From Patescibacteria group bacterium (GTDB taxonomy: Bacteria; Patescibacteriota; Minisyncoccia; Phycocordibacterales; CAIRYW01): a DNA stretch of 64,000 nt. The DNA lies in contig JAZKAJ010000006.1 in the NCBI GenBank assembly GCA_040389185.1, positions 2,914 to 66,913 on the forward strand. The letters run 5' to 3'. Positions 1 to 10,494 of this stretch are shown piece after piece. The position numbers and the translations under genes are program-made. Numbering within the stretch: the first letter of the stretch is position 1; every line of letters begins with the position of its first letter. The notes under the pieces are model-generated. The model saw only the letters and a program-made list of their open reading frames with translations, was not told the origin of the DNA and did not search any database.

Positions 1-2
1 AA

Positions 3-1739
3 ATCGCCCTTATCCTTATCGGGAATACCATCTGCAGATATCACAGATCTTGCAATATTATCCATTTGCTCCAAAGATTCAAAGCGCCCTGTTGGACCTG
101 CATTTATTGCAGCCTCGATGAGCTCCAGGTTCTTGGTATAACCTCCTGGTTGAGAACTAAGAGATTTACTAAGTGTTATGTTCTGTTTGTATGCACTGTA
201 GTTTATCAAGAACATGACAATCAAAAATATTCCAATAAGCATTGCTAGAGTTGCTCCACTTAATTCTTCTTTTTTGGACTTTGTTTCCTCCACAAGATTT
301 CTTTCTCCAAAACTTGCAAGTGCAAGAATGAGAACAAAAAGCATGTAGCTCGTTAAGTTATCAAAGATAAATAAACTTTGGAATGCAAATGCACCAAAGA
401 GTCCGAGGAGTACCGCTTTTTCTGGGACATTGAAGTTTTTGCTTCGTACAATTGATACGAACGAAAATACATAAAGCAAAAGCCATCCCAATAGCCCAAG
501 CAATCCTCCGGCTACCAACCAATCTAAGAATGCATTATGAGCTCGATCAAACCAAGGTTCCTGACTTATCATTTCTGGAACATAATATTTGGTGAATGCA
601 AAAATAAAGTTGTCCTGTCCCCAACCAAGTACAGGATGTTCTTCCCATGCTTTGATAGCCATAGGCCAAATCATGGCACGAGCCTGCGTTGTATCATGAA
701 ATGATATGGAAGCAAATCGATTGAGCACTGGATCAGTTTGCACAAAATTTGTATTTTTTACTACAAAGAATCCAGCAACAATGATAAAAAGGGTGGCGAG
801 GATGGCTATAGCGGCTTTTTTTATAAATTTATTTTCCTTTTCAAATATGATGACAATAATAGAGGCCCCGATTGCTCCACCGATAAATCCAAGCAACCCT
901 CCTCTTGTCGAGGTGTAATAGAGTGCCACAAGTTCTGCAAGAATAAGAAAAACATACAAACCGAATGCATGTATTCGCTCATACTTTGCGAATACTTTAC
1001 TGAATCGAAGCCAGCACATTTTTACAATTGTAAGAAGCGCAATTGCGAAAATAATCCCTCCAGCCTTTGTATAATTAAAAGAATCATCAGCTGTAGCAAT
1101 TCTCATCAGATAATACAAAATATAGATTGATGAACCATAAATCACTGAATCTGCTATGCCCTTCAATTTATTTCCATTTGATATCCAAAGATAAAGAAGA
1201 AAGAATATATGAAAGACAAGATATGTGGCCAGATATGCAGAATTACCGAGTGTTCCATCAAGTCTTGTATTACTTTGGTTGATCACTGCCCCGCCAAAAA
1301 ATTGTAGGAATGCAAAAAAGGTCATAAAGATCGAGATAGCTGTCGTTGAATAGAGCATCCGATCCCAATCCCTCTTATCTCTCAAAACATTCGCAAGGAT
1401 TACAAAGTATGCGAACAAATGCGCGATCAAGACAAATCCTTCCATTCTCTCGAAGTTGCTGAAAAATGCCTTTGTCTGGTTGATCGCGAAGATATCAGCA
1501 ATAAATATAACAACTACGAAATAAATAAAAGCTTTCAAAATATTGCTCCATTTTGGACGATAGCTTTTGTCCACAAACGCGAGTCCTATGTAGAGAAAGA
1601 GGCAGAGTTCGACTGCAATCCTAAATAAAAAACTCTTGCCTGTAATAAACGGAAAATACATCCCGTCCGCAACAACCAACGAAACCGCCGGGAGCGCATA
1701 GATGAGAGCTTTGAGGATCTTTTTTACTATTGAATTCAT
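3..1739 (-). CDS. O-antigen ligase (Wzy_C) family membrane protein, 3' end runs off the window
   Basis: Not in the ORF track because no stop falls in the window. My translation from ATG 1739 reads MNSIVKKILKALIYALPAVSLVVADGMYFPFITGKSFLFR...SNFERMEG...RLDGTLGNSAYLA...GWGQDNF...EPWFDRAHNAFLDWLVAGG. It is multi-TM with the ligase-type HN-x2-LD motif. Confidence 0.8.
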   Translation of the reverse strand, partial: MNSIVKKILKALIYALPAVSLVVADGMYFPFITGKSFLFRIAVELCLFLYIGLAFVDKSYRPKWSNILKAFIYFVVVIFIADIFAINQTKAFFSNFERMEGFVLIAHLFAYFVILANVLRDKRDWDRMLYSTTAISIFMTFFAFLQFFGGAVINQSNTRLDGTLGNSAYLATYLVFHIFFLLYLWISNGNKLKGIADSVIYGSSIYILYYLMRIATADDSFNYTKAGGIIFAIALLTIVKMCWLRFSKVFAKYERIHAFGLYVFLILAELVALYYTSTRGGLLGFIGGAIGASIIVIIFEKENKFIKKAAIAILATLFIIVAGFFVVKNTNFVQTDPVLNRFASISFHDTTQARAMIWPMAIKAWEEHPVLGWGQDNFIFAFTKYYVPEMISQEPWFDRAHNAFLDWLVAGGLLGLLGWLLLYVFSFVSIVRSKNFNVPEKAVLLGLFGAFAFQSLFIFDNLTSYMLFVLILALASFGERNLVEETKSKKEELSGATLAMLIGIFLIVMFLINYSAYKQNITLSKSLSSQPGGYTKNLELIEAAINAGPTGRFESLEQMDNIARSVISADGIPDKDKGD

Positions 1740-1747
1740 ACTTTATA

Positions 1748-2398
1748 TTATTGTTTAATTTTTAAAATGAAAAACCTGTGATATTTATTGAGTACTGGAC
1801 TGAATTCTTCAATTATCTCAAAATGCTTGCGGAGAATGGAGCGAATGGTCTTTGCTGCATACGGGGCCCTGCCAATCTCCCAATAATGTTGTCCCGAAGT
1901 ATCAAATCCTCCAAATTTAAGAGGAATACCTACGGAGATATCAAAGAAATTTCTCTTGAATATTTTTCGTATGAAAGGAAATTTGAGAACCATTTCAAAA
2001 TATGTTGATCGATATGGTAAAGAAATGACAACAAACTTTTGAGCCACCCTTTTTAATTCTTTGAGTGCTTTCTCAAAATCCTCAAATGGGATATGTTCAA
2101 GCACTTGGCATGCCATACTCACATCAAATGATCGATCATCAATCGGCAATGCTCGCACGTCAGCCACAATATCTGGCAAAACACTTTTATCAAAATCACA
2201 AGTCGTAACTTGCAATCCATATTCTTTAAGAGAATTGGCACATACCTTGCTACCGACCCCGATCTCTAATATGCTTTTCACATTCAGTCGCTCTACCGCT
2301 CGAATCTGATAATAGTAAGAAATGAATCGTTCCAAAGTATTATATGATCCTTTTGAATAGTGTCGCTCTTCCACTTGTACATTATGTGCTTCTTGCAT
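1748..2398 (-). CDS. Class I SAM-dependent methyltransferase
   Basis: ILEIGVGS motif I, plus SFDVSMACQVLEHIP and HYWEIG. Start moved to ATG 2398 (MQEAHN). Confidence 0.8.
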   Translation of the reverse strand: MQEAHNVQVEERHYSKGSYNTLERFISYYYQIRAVERLNVKSILEIGVGSKVCANSLKEYGLQVTTCDFDKSVLPDIVADVRALPIDDRSFDVSMACQVLEHIPFEDFEKALKELKRVAQKFVVISLPYRSTYFEMVLKFPFIRKIFKRNFFDISVGIPLKFGGFDTSGQHYWEIGRAPYAAKTIRSILRKHFEIIEEFSPVLNKYHRFFILKIKQ

Positions 2399-2451
2399 AT
2401 CGCATATTATTACACTAAACAAAATTTATCTCAAACAAGCAATATATATAG

Positions 2452-2457
2452 TATAAT
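2452..2457 (+). promoter_or_regulatory. Sigma70-type -10 box, probable leaderless promoter of the 2466 operon
   Basis: TATAAT lies 8 nt upstream of ATG 2466, with no Shine-Dalgarno sequence. Confidence 0.55.
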
Positions 2458-2465
2458 CAAGTGTA

Positions 2466-3647
2466 ATGAAAAAATTTAACTTAAAATCTGACTGGTTTGT
2501 TTTTGTACTACTTGCCCTCTTCTCATTTATACTTGGAATATTACTAATAAGAATATTGCCACCATTCCCTGTAATTTCTGACTTTTTAGACTACGACAAC
2601 ATAGCAAAAGCCCTGGTTGAAAAAGGAGGCTATATAACGATATCAACTGACAATTTAATTTATCCTCCACTTTATCCTATTTTCCTTTCAATAATCTACA
2701 GAATGTTTGGATATTCTTACAGTGCCGTGTATCTCGTTCAATTTATCTTTCTAGGCGTGATTGCATTTATATTTTATAAAACAGGAAAAAAATATATCGG
2801 ACTTAGTAAAACATTTTCTATTCTTGTATCACTTACTATTATCATATGGCCGTATATGATGCTTTATTCTCTCGTGGTGAGCAGTGAGATACTTTTTATT
2901 CTATTTCTCAGTATTTTCCTCTATCTGTTTTTAAAATTTGTAGATCTGCCAACTCGCCAACTAAGTGTTGGAATGGGAATCGCGATCGGACTTGCGGTAC
3001 TGACTCGGCCTGTCGCTCTCCTTTTGCCACTCTGGCTTATTATTGGAGTCACTTTACTTCATTTTATTTCCTACTGGAAATTAACTTTGCAACATTTTAA
3101 ATTATCGCTCCTTTCCCTCTTGGTTTTTATCATCACTCTTTTGCCTTGGATCGGATTTGTCTATCTAAAATTTGATCGCCTCATTCCAGTCGCTTCAAAT
3201 CTTTCTGCGGTAACAGACAAAGCAAACAATTCTTTTGAATACCTCAAAGGTACCATTGGCGAATCTTTGATGCATTCAGGTGGGACCATGAAAGAAACTC
3301 TTGAGATAAAAGCCTTAAATGTGATCCTCTTTTGGAATCCAGGAGCGAGCGGATACAATGTCGCATCTCTTGTTGAGAAACACCCAAAAGCAGAAATTTT
3401 TGTTACATTCTACAAAATTGGATTTATTATCATTGTTCTGTTGGGACTTGGAAGCATGTACTATATGAGAACCAAAAGAAGTATTGCTCTCCTATTGTCT
3501 GTCCTATTGTATTTCTGGTCTGTGCATACAGTACTCTTCCCATTCCCTCGATACACACTCCCTATCATCCCTATCCTTATTTTACTTGCGTTTTATATGC
3601 TAAATACTATAATTGAATTCTCTCGAATATGTCTCAAAAAATATTAA
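2466..3647 (+). CDS. GT-C fold (ArnT/PMT-like, GT39/83) membrane glycosyltransferase
   Basis: Multi-TM. N-terminal loop SDFLDYDNIA, then YPPLYPIFL, SEILF, LTRPVALL and the C-terminal PRYTLP, typical of lipid-linked sugar transferases. Confidence 0.7.
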   Translation: MKKFNLKSDWFVFVLLALFSFILGILLIRILPPFPVISDFLDYDNIAKALVEKGGYITISTDNLIYPPLYPIFLSIIYRMFGYSYSAVYLVQFIFLGVIAFIFYKTGKKYIGLSKTFSILVSLTIIIWPYMMLYSLVVSSEILFILFLSIFLYLFLKFVDLPTRQLSVGMGIAIGLAVLTRPVALLLPLWLIIGVTLLHFISYWKLTLQHFKLSLLSLLVFIITLLPWIGFVYLKFDRLIPVASNLSAVTDKANNSFEYLKGTIGESLMHSGGTMKETLEIKALNVILFWNPGASGYNVASLVEKHPKAEIFVTFYKIGFIIIVLLGLGSMYYMRTKRSIALLLSVLLYFWSVHTVLFPFPRYTLPIIPILILLAFYMLNTIIEFSRICLKKY

Positions 3648-4582
3648 TTTCAATTCCTGCAAAGAACGAAGAAGCGATGCTGGGCTCTGTTATTGATTCA
3701 AGCAAAGAGGCACTTATTCAACTGACAGGGGAAATTCCGGATATTCTTGTAGTAAGTGATGGCTCGACCGATGGCACAGAAAAGGTAGCACTCTCGCACG
3801 GCGCAAAATTGATACCTTATAAGGTGAGTCAGGGACTTGGCTATGTGTTTCAAGATGCTGTTGAATATGCAATCTCGCATAACTACGATATCCTTCTTAC
3901 GATCGACGGAGACGGCCAATTCGATACAAAAGACATTCCAGCACTTCTTGCCCCTATACTCGAGAAAAGAGCTGATTTCGTCACAGGCTCTAGATTTTTG
4001 GGCGGATCAAAAGTCGAGGGTATCCCTTATGCAAAAAAAATCGGCAATACAATGATGTCATCGATTATAAGCTCGATTGTTGGAAAGAAGTTTATGGATG
4101 TTTCTTGCGGTTTTAGAGCTTACAGCAGAGAAGCTCTCCTTAGTCTTAATGTCTTTGGCAAATTTACATATACCCAAGAAGTGTTCATCAATCTTGGTGT
4201 AAAAAGAATCTCGATTGAAGAAGTGCCGATAAACGTACAGTATTTCAAAGAAAGAAAATCAAGAATAGCCGCAAACCTATTCCGATACGCGATCCAAACC
4301 TCGAAGATAATCTTAAAATCGGTTATCCATTATCAGCCAATGAGAATATTTGGAAGACTTTCGTTCGTTACCGCACTCATTGGTCTTCCTCTCATTACAG
4401 CAATAAGCATTCGCTATGCAATGACTGATCTCATTACCCCATTTAAGGGCATTGCCATCACAAGTATCATTCTTCTTGTGGTAAGCTTCGGATCGCTTGT
4501 TGCAGGAATAACGCTCGAGGTCTTGAGCAGGATTCAATTAAGCACAGAAAAAACAATATATTATGCAAGAAAAAAATCGTAA
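3629..4582 (+). CDS. Glycosyltransferase family 2 (DPM1/GtrB-like polyprenol-phosphate glycosyltransferase)
   Basis: IPAKNEE, SDGSTDGT, DGDGQF, VTGSRF and DVSCGFRAYSR motifs, with two C-terminal TMs. Confidence 0.85.
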   Translation: MSQKILISIPAKNEEAMLGSVIDSSKEALIQLTGEIPDILVVSDGSTDGTEKVALSHGAKLIPYKVSQGLGYVFQDAVEYAISHNYDILLTIDGDGQFDTKDIPALLAPILEKRADFVTGSRFLGGSKVEGIPYAKKIGNTMMSSIISSIVGKKFMDVSCGFRAYSREALLSLNVFGKFTYTQEVFINLGVKRISIEEVPINVQYFKERKSRIAANLFRYAIQTSKIILKSVIHYQPMRIFGRLSFVTALIGLPLITAISIRYAMTDLITPFKGIAITSIILLVVSFGSLVAGITLEVLSRIQLSTEKTIYYARKKS

Positions 4583-5177
4583 CATCACACAGTTTACTGA
4601 CAAGTATGAATTTACAAATCCTATCACTCGAGCTATTCTCGATAACTTTTTTAAGGCAGTTCTTTCACTTTGCCCTAAAAAAACGAACAAAGTGCTTGAG
4701 GTTGGCTGTGGTGCTGGATATTCTACAAAGATCCTTTATGAGCATATAAAGCCAGAAACATTTCATGCATCTGATATCGATCCAGAGCTTGTAAAACTTG
4801 CAAAGGAAAGAACTCCGCAGATCACTGCAGAAAAAGAATCAATCTATGAGCTCCCTCACAAAGACAACTCATTTGATCTTGTATTCACTCTAGAAGTGCT
4901 TGAGCATTTAGAAGATCCAGAGAAAGCCCTCAAAGAATTAAAGAGAGTGACAAATAAATACATCATCGTGAGTGTTCCACACGAACCAATCTGGAGAATA
5001 CTTAATATGCTCCGCGGCAAGTACCTCAAGCATTTTGGCAATACAGAGGGTCATATCAATCACTGGTCTAAAAGAAGCTTCACAAAATTGGTTGGAAAAC
5101 ATTTTAAAGTGATCAAAGTCAAAACTCCACTTCCATGGATCGTTATCCTTGCAGAAAAAAATGAAGAGACTTTTTAA
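4563..5177 (+). CDS. Class I SAM-dependent methyltransferase
   Basis: VLEVGCGAG, SFDLVFTLEVLEHLEDP, SVPHEP and GHINHW motifs. Confidence 0.85.
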   Translation: MQEKNRNITQFTDKYEFTNPITRAILDNFFKAVLSLCPKKTNKVLEVGCGAGYSTKILYEHIKPETFHASDIDPELVKLAKERTPQITAEKESIYELPHKDNSFDLVFTLEVLEHLEDPEKALKELKRVTNKYIIVSVPHEPIWRILNMLRGKYLKHFGNTEGHINHWSKRSFTKLVGKHFKVIKVKTPLPWIVILAEKNEETF

Positions 5178-5544
5178 CATTGGAGATTTATTGCGGTACG
5201 GCACAGTTGCAGGAATAAGTTACATCATATTATATGGTGGCACTTACCTTTTGGTAAATTATACCAAGCTTACTCCGAGCCTTTCGTATATGATCGTCTT
5301 GAGTATTCTTTATATTGGTGTTTATATCTCATATACAAAATTCGTATTCAAAACCAAATTCACAAAAAAGAATATTTCTCGTTTCGTAGTTGTACTTATA
5401 GTGATCTGGATCGTTAACAATAGCGCATTCTTTATATTGAATGATATTTTGAAAGTTCATTATTTGATCACAATTACGATCAATATCATATTGTTTGGGG
5501 GCCTAAAATTCCTCACACACAAACATTATGTATTTAAAGAATAA
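5161..5544 (+). CDS. GtrA-family small flippase-like membrane protein
   Basis: About 127 aa, four TMs, LRYGTVAG, FVFK and HYVFK motifs. Sits downstream of a GT2. Confidence 0.7.
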   Translation: MKRLFNIGDLLRYGTVAGISYIILYGGTYLLVNYTKLTPSLSYMIVLSILYIGVYISYTKFVFKTKFTKKNISRFVVVLIVIWIVNNSAFFILNDILKVHYLITITINIILFGGLKFLTHKHYVFKE

Positions 5545-5548
5545 GCCC

Positions 5549-6400
5549 ATGAAAAAAAAGGTGATGCTCACGTTTGATCTAGAGTTTTGGTACGAAGGCA
5601 AATGGCTAAAGCCTTATATCACTCCAGAGATGGAGGGAAGGGATGCACTGATTGAATCAATGCTCCCAATACTCGCCATTCTTAAAAAAAATGGACACAA
5701 AGCAACATTTTTTACCACCAATTCAGTTGTTCTAAAGTATTCAGACCTTATTAAAAGAATGAGCGATGAAGGGCATGAAATCGCGTCTCACAGTGTCAGG
5801 CACCTTCGCTTAGAAGAGGTGGGCAAAAATACCTTTGAAGCTGAATTTAAAAACCATCTTGATCTAATTGAAAGCATAACTGGCAAAAGACCAAAAGGGT
5901 TTCGAGCCCCCCATTTTTCTTTAAACAACAAAACGCTGTGGCTGCTTCCGATTCTCAAAGCTTGCAGGATCTCTTATGACTCGAGCATCTTTCCCATCAA
6001 GACTCCAGAATATGGAGTAAGTGGTGCTCCGCGAAATAGCTACCCTATTTCATTTAGTAATGTCGCAAAAGAAGACCCTTTGTCTTCTTTGATTGAAATT
6101 CCCCAAGCTACTTTACAAACAGGTTTTGGATTAGTACCAATTGCCGGGGGGATTTATTTCAGGCTTTTTCCCAGGATTGTATTTGAATATCTGTTCAAAA
6201 AAGCATTGAGACAAAACACTACCCCAATGCTCTATTTCCATCCCCATGAACTATGTAAGAACACACCCAAGATCCAGGGACCCGTCATCAAAACAATGCT
6301 AAAATATTGGGGTACAAATAAAAGCCTCAAAAAATTTGAGAAACTTTCAGAAAAGTTTGAATTCGATTCAATAGAAAATATACTGGAGATCAATAGGTAA
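5549..6400 (+). CDS. Polysaccharide deacetylase (NodB/CE4 with DUF3473-type C-terminus)
   Basis: LTFDLEFWY, GHEIASHS, GFRAPHFS, YDSSIFP, GGIYFRL and YFHPHE motifs. Start 5549 (MKKKVML) is preferred over 5528. Confidence 0.85.
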   Translation: MKKKVMLTFDLEFWYEGKWLKPYITPEMEGRDALIESMLPILAILKKNGHKATFFTTNSVVLKYSDLIKRMSDEGHEIASHSVRHLRLEEVGKNTFEAEFKNHLDLIESITGKRPKGFRAPHFSLNNKTLWLLPILKACRISYDSSIFPIKTPEYGVSGAPRNSYPISFSNVAKEDPLSSLIEIPQATLQTGFGLVPIAGGIYFRLFPRIVFEYLFKKALRQNTTPMLYFHPHELCKNTPKIQGPVIKTMLKYWGTNKSLKKFEKLSEKFEFDSIENILEINR

Positions 6401-6404
6401 GCAT

Positions 6405-7676
6405 ATGAAAAAAATAAATAGTTTATTAGATAAAATAGAGATATTTCTCAAAACCGACATACGGTATCTTTTAAGCGGTGGATTTTGGCTGACAGCAGGC
6501 CAAGTCACCGCTTCACTATCATCCTTCCTTTTATCTATCGCATTTGCAAACCTATTATCGAAGGAGACATTTGGTCAATATAAATATGTCATCTCACTTT
6601 TTGGGATCATTGGAGCTTTATCACTTTCAGGTCTTACTACATCGATCACACAATCTGTGGCCCGAGGATTTGAAGGAGTGTTGGTAAGATCATTTTGGAT
6701 GAGTATGCGATGGGGTTGGCTTCTTACCATCACCTCTTTTGGTATTGCTATTTATTACTACACCCTTGGGAATATTCCCTTAACAGTATCGATGATGCTT
6801 GTTGGGGTTTTTAGTCCACTTCTTTATAGCGCATTGTTTTATAAATCTTTCCTTAACGGAAAAAAAGAATTTAAAACTCTTACATTGTATGGAATCTACT
6901 ACAACATCATTCCAGTACTCTGTATGGTTGGCGTTGTATTCTTTACTGACAATGTCAACGCGGTTGTATTCGCCTACCTCTGCTCAAACACACTCATTTC
7001 TCTATATTTTTTGAATCACGTACTCAAGAAATACAAACCGAATAATAAAGTTGATCCCAAGAGCATGATATTTGGAGCGCATTTAAGTTTTGTAAACGTG
7101 CTTGATACTATAGCAACATATTTGGACAAGATACTTTTGTTTCATTTTCAAGGAAGTATTGATCTTGCAATCTACTCCTTTGCCGTTGCAATACCAGAGC
7201 AGATAAGAAGCCTCCTAAAGATTATTCCCTCTCTTGCAATACCAAAACTTGCAGAAAAAACGAACGATGAGATACAAAGAACCGTTTATCATAAAATTTG
7301 GAAGATCTCACTTATTACTCTTCCGATTGCGATTCTCTATTATTTTGCAGCCCCTTTTATTTATACTTATATTTTCCCTCAATATATAGAATCGATCGCA
7401 TATTCTCAAATATTCATTCTCATTATTCTTGTTGAGGGAGGGCTTCCGGGAGCGGTCTTTAAGGCACAGTTAGCTGTGCGAGAATCTTATATTATGAATA
7501 CTGTGGGCAATCTCATACGAATCGGCATGCTCGTTCCTTTTGTTATATTCTTCGGGATCTGGGGAATCGTATGGGCAAGAATCCTTTCCAGATATGCAAT
7601 ATTTTTCATTTCTCTTTTTCTCCTCAAAAAAATGAAAAAAACTCAAATATCTGATAAGATACAAAACACCCTATGA
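6405..7676 (+). CDS. wzx: Wzx/MOP-superfamily oligosaccharide flippase
   Basis: About 12 TMs, with ANLLSKETFGQYKY and LDKILLFHF...LAIYSFA motifs. Located in the glycan locus. Confidence 0.75.
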   Translation: MKKINSLLDKIEIFLKTDIRYLLSGGFWLTAGQVTASLSSFLLSIAFANLLSKETFGQYKYVISLFGIIGALSLSGLTTSITQSVARGFEGVLVRSFWMSMRWGWLLTITSFGIAIYYYTLGNIPLTVSMMLVGVFSPLLYSALFYKSFLNGKKEFKTLTLYGIYYNIIPVLCMVGVVFFTDNVNAVVFAYLCSNTLISLYFLNHVLKKYKPNNKVDPKSMIFGAHLSFVNVLDTIATYLDKILLFHFQGSIDLAIYSFAVAIPEQIRSLLKIIPSLAIPKLAEKTNDEIQRTVYHKIWKISLITLPIAILYYFAAPFIYTYIFPQYIESIAYSQIFILIILVEGGLPGAVFKAQLAVRESYIMNTVGNLIRIGMLVPFVIFFGIWGIVWARILSRYAIFFISLFLLKKMKKTQISDKIQNTL

Positions 7677-8413
7677 AAGCAATAATTCTAGCCGGAGGTC
7701 AAGCAACTAGACTTCGTCCTATTACACACAACCTGCCAAAGTGCCTCCTAAAGATTGGTAAAAAGACCATTATCGATTTCCAGATCGAGACCCTACAAAA
7801 AAACAATATCAAAGATATTATTATTGTTACTGGATTCAAAGCAGAACTTTTGAAAGAACATATAATAACAAACTATAGTCAGACAGATATTACATTCACT
7901 TTTGTCTTTAATGAAAAGTATGAGACAACACATGCCGCGCACAGTCTCTGGAGCGCAAGGGATTATTTGACCGATACAACGATTTATTTAAATTCAGATC
8001 TAATCTGTGATCCAATGATTATCAAATCAGTCATTGAAAATAAGAACGATTCCGTCACTGCAATACAACAAAATGATTGGGATGAAGAAGAAGTGAATGT
8101 GATCACTGACGAAAACATGAACGTAGTTGAAATTGGAAAACTGATCCCTGAAAAACTTAGTAAAGGAGAATTTATAGGCGCAACAAAACTCAGCTCTTCT
8201 TTTTTGAATAAATTAATTGAGGTTCTAAATGATATGGTTCAAAAAAATGACACAAAGAAATTTGCAGTGGATGCAATAAACAATGTAATACATTCGAAAG
8301 GAGAAAACCTATACGCATTGGATGTATCACATTATGTTGCGATTGAAATTGACACAATTGAAGATTTTGAAAAAGGCAAAAAACTTTGGGAGCAGTACGA
8401 AATCAAGGGTTAA
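7673..8413 (+). CDS. LicC/PntC-like phosphocholine/phosphonate cytidylyltransferase (NTP_transferase family)
   Basis: MKAIILAGGQATRLRP...PKCLL, NSDLI, GEFIGATK and EIDTIEDF motifs. Single domain of 246 aa. Confidence 0.75.
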   Translation: MKAIILAGGQATRLRPITHNLPKCLLKIGKKTIIDFQIETLQKNNIKDIIIVTGFKAELLKEHIITNYSQTDITFTFVFNEKYETTHAAHSLWSARDYLTDTTIYLNSDLICDPMIIKSVIENKNDSVTAIQQNDWDEEEVNVITDENMNVVEIGKLIPEKLSKGEFIGATKLSSSFLNKLIEVLNDMVQKNDTKKFAVDAINNVIHSKGENLYALDVSHYVAIEIDTIEDFEKGKKLWEQYEIKG

Positions 8414-8422
8414 TTATTATCC

Positions 8423-9280
8423 TTACTGTGGAGTAAGCACAAGATTAAGCCCTGCTTTCATATCAAAATTAAAATCTACCAATCGATAACTTGGAATATT
8501 GAAAAAAAACAAGAAACTCCGATAAGGAATAATAGCTTGTATTTTGTAGTTTGGAGGAAGAATTTCAAAAATACTTTTCTCATTCTCAAATGTTTTTTTT
8601 GTATCGCTTGAAAACTCCATCATGATAGTTGGACGATTTTTCATTAATGTTTCCCGAAGCCCCAAAAGAACTTCTTTTTCAAATCCCTCAACATCTATCT
8701 TTATGAGATCTATTTTATCGATCTTTTGTTCTTTAAGATAAGTATCTCCTTCCACCACCTGCAATTCCAAAGAGTCTGATGAATTTCGATTGTGAGTAAC
8801 AAAAGATCCTGTGCCCTCATTATCTGTTTCTGGCGGATAATAGGTTAAAGTTTGATCCGTACTCCCTAGTGCCAAGGGATGAACAATGATATTTGAAATA
8901 TGATTGTAAGAAATCTTGTCTACAAGTGAAGATCTTACTTTTTCGTATGGTTCAAAAGAGTGAACGGTCTTGCAATACCTCGAAAGAAAAAGTGAATGAT
9001 GGCCAATGTTAGCTCCAATATCAAGACAAATTGGATCCTTGTACTTCAGTGCTACATCTCTCAAAAGATAGAGTTCACTTTTTTCAAATCCACCATAGAA
9101 ATAGACCTGTGAATCAATATGATTGTGAAGTAATCCTTTATAGTGAAATCCAAAAAAACCTACCTCAAATGGACAAGAGGGATTGGTATTAATCAAAAAA
9201 TTTGCTACCCTATACCTAATCCCGAATCTTACCCAATCTTGCCTGCAGAATAAGCGTCCAAATGACAGAAAGAATTTCAT
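8423..9280 (-). CDS. FkbM-family methyltransferase
   Basis: LDIGANIGHHS, VHSFEP and IKIDVEGFEKEVL motifs. Start set at ATG 9280. Confidence 0.9.
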   Translation of the reverse strand: MKFFLSFGRLFCRQDWVRFGIRYRVANFLINTNPSCPFEVGFFGFHYKGLLHNHIDSQVYFYGGFEKSELYLLRDVALKYKDPICLDIGANIGHHSLFLSRYCKTVHSFEPYEKVRSSLVDKISYNHISNIIVHPLALGSTDQTLTYYPPETDNEGTGSFVTHNRNSSDSLELQVVEGDTYLKEQKIDKIDLIKIDVEGFEKEVLLGLRETLMKNRPTIMMEFSSDTKKTFENEKSIFEILPPNYKIQAIIPYRSFLFFFNIPSYRLVDFNFDMKAGLNLVLTPQ

Positions 9281-9318
9281 ATACAATTACGATAACATTT
9301 AATTAACATTTTTACAAA

Positions 9319-10494
9319 ATGACTCGAATATTTGGCTTTTTAACGGATTGGACTTATTCATTTCTCTCTCACCTCACCCCAAGGAATAAGAATTTGTGGG
9401 TGTTTTGGGGTTGGCACCTTGGTGAAGTAGGAGAACTTTTTGCAGATAATTCAAAGTATTTTTATCTTTATATAAACAATCATCATAAAGAAATACGGGC
9501 AGTCTGGCTGACAGGCTCAAGCGAGACAAAAAAGCGCCTGCAGGCGAAAGGCTTAGAATGCTATCTTTTTTATGAATATAAAGGTGCGCTATCTGCAATG
9601 CTCGCAGGCTTTACAATCATTGATGGACTTATGAGTCGCTCCACTTGGAGATATGCAGGACGAACAAATATAATACAACTCTGGCACGGCAAAGGAATGA
9701 AAAAAGGATTACATCTAAGTCCTTATAATAATTCCAAAAAAAATAATTATTTCATTACACCTCAGCTATTCAAAAGACCGACGAAAATAATAGCCTCATC
9801 AGCATATGCTGGGAAGCTCATGGCATTAATGTTTAATGAACCGATGACGAAGATTATCACAACTGGATTGCCAAGAAACGATGTCTTATTTAAAACTATA
9901 AAAAATAGTGAGGTAGACACGGATCTCGAATTAAAAGAAAGCATCCTCAAAGTAAAACAAGTATGCAAAGGGCTCGTCTTATATGCCCCCACCTTTCGTC
10001 CTGACGGTAAAAACCCATTGGATGCTATCGACTGGGAAGCCTTAAACAGTGATATCAAAGAGGCAAATATATACATCACTGTCTTACTCCATCCAAAATT
10101 TGCCCGCAAAACTCACTCGAAAATGGAAAGTTTTTCAAATATTATCTATGGAAAACCAGGGTTTGATATTTATCCACTTTTAATCAATTTTGATGCACTG
10201 ATAACAGATTATTCATCAATCTATATTGATTATTTACTCCTTGATCGACCTATGATATTTTTTGATTTTGATATTGAGGAATACAAACAAAAAATGGGTC
10301 TTTTTGATGAGTATGCAGAAATGACCCCAGGACCCCATCCAAAAGATCAGAAGGATCTCACTGTCGCAATAAAGGAAGTTATAAAAAATGATACCTTCAA
10401 ATCAGAGAGACAAAGAGTTATGAAACTCCTCCACGAACATACACTCGACGGAAATTCATCCGAAAGAGTATTGAGCGGGATTAAAGGCCTGTAG
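9319..10494 (+). CDS. CDP-glycerol:glycerophosphate transferase (TagB/TagF) family protein
   Basis: [50 protein letters not shown] and DGNSSERV motifs. Confidence 0.9.
   Translation: MTRIFGFLTDWTYSFLSHLTPRNKNLWVFWGWHLGEVGELFADNSKYFYLYINNHHKEIRAVWLTGSSETKKRLQAKGLECYLFYEYKGALSAMLAGFTIIDGLMSRSTWRYAGRTNIIQLWHGKGMKKGLHLSPYNNSKKNNYFITPQLFKRPTKIIASSAYAGKLMALMFNEPMTKIITTGLPRNDVLFKTIKNSEVDTDLELKESILKVKQVCKGLVLYAPTFRPDGKNPLDAIDWEALNSDIKEANIYITVLLHPKFARKTHSKMESFSNIIYGKPGFDIYPLLINFDALITDYSSIYIDYLLLDRPMIFFDFDIEEYKQKMGLFDEYAEMTPGPHPKDQKDLTVAIKEVIKNDTFKSERQRVMKLLHEHTLDGNSSERVLSGIKGL

Noticed and set aside
66-1628. Plus-strand ORFs at 66, 706, 738 and 1419, and the many short antisense ORFs elsewhere in the track
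   Set aside because: They are shadows of well-supported genes on the opposite strand or frame and carry no recognisable motifs.
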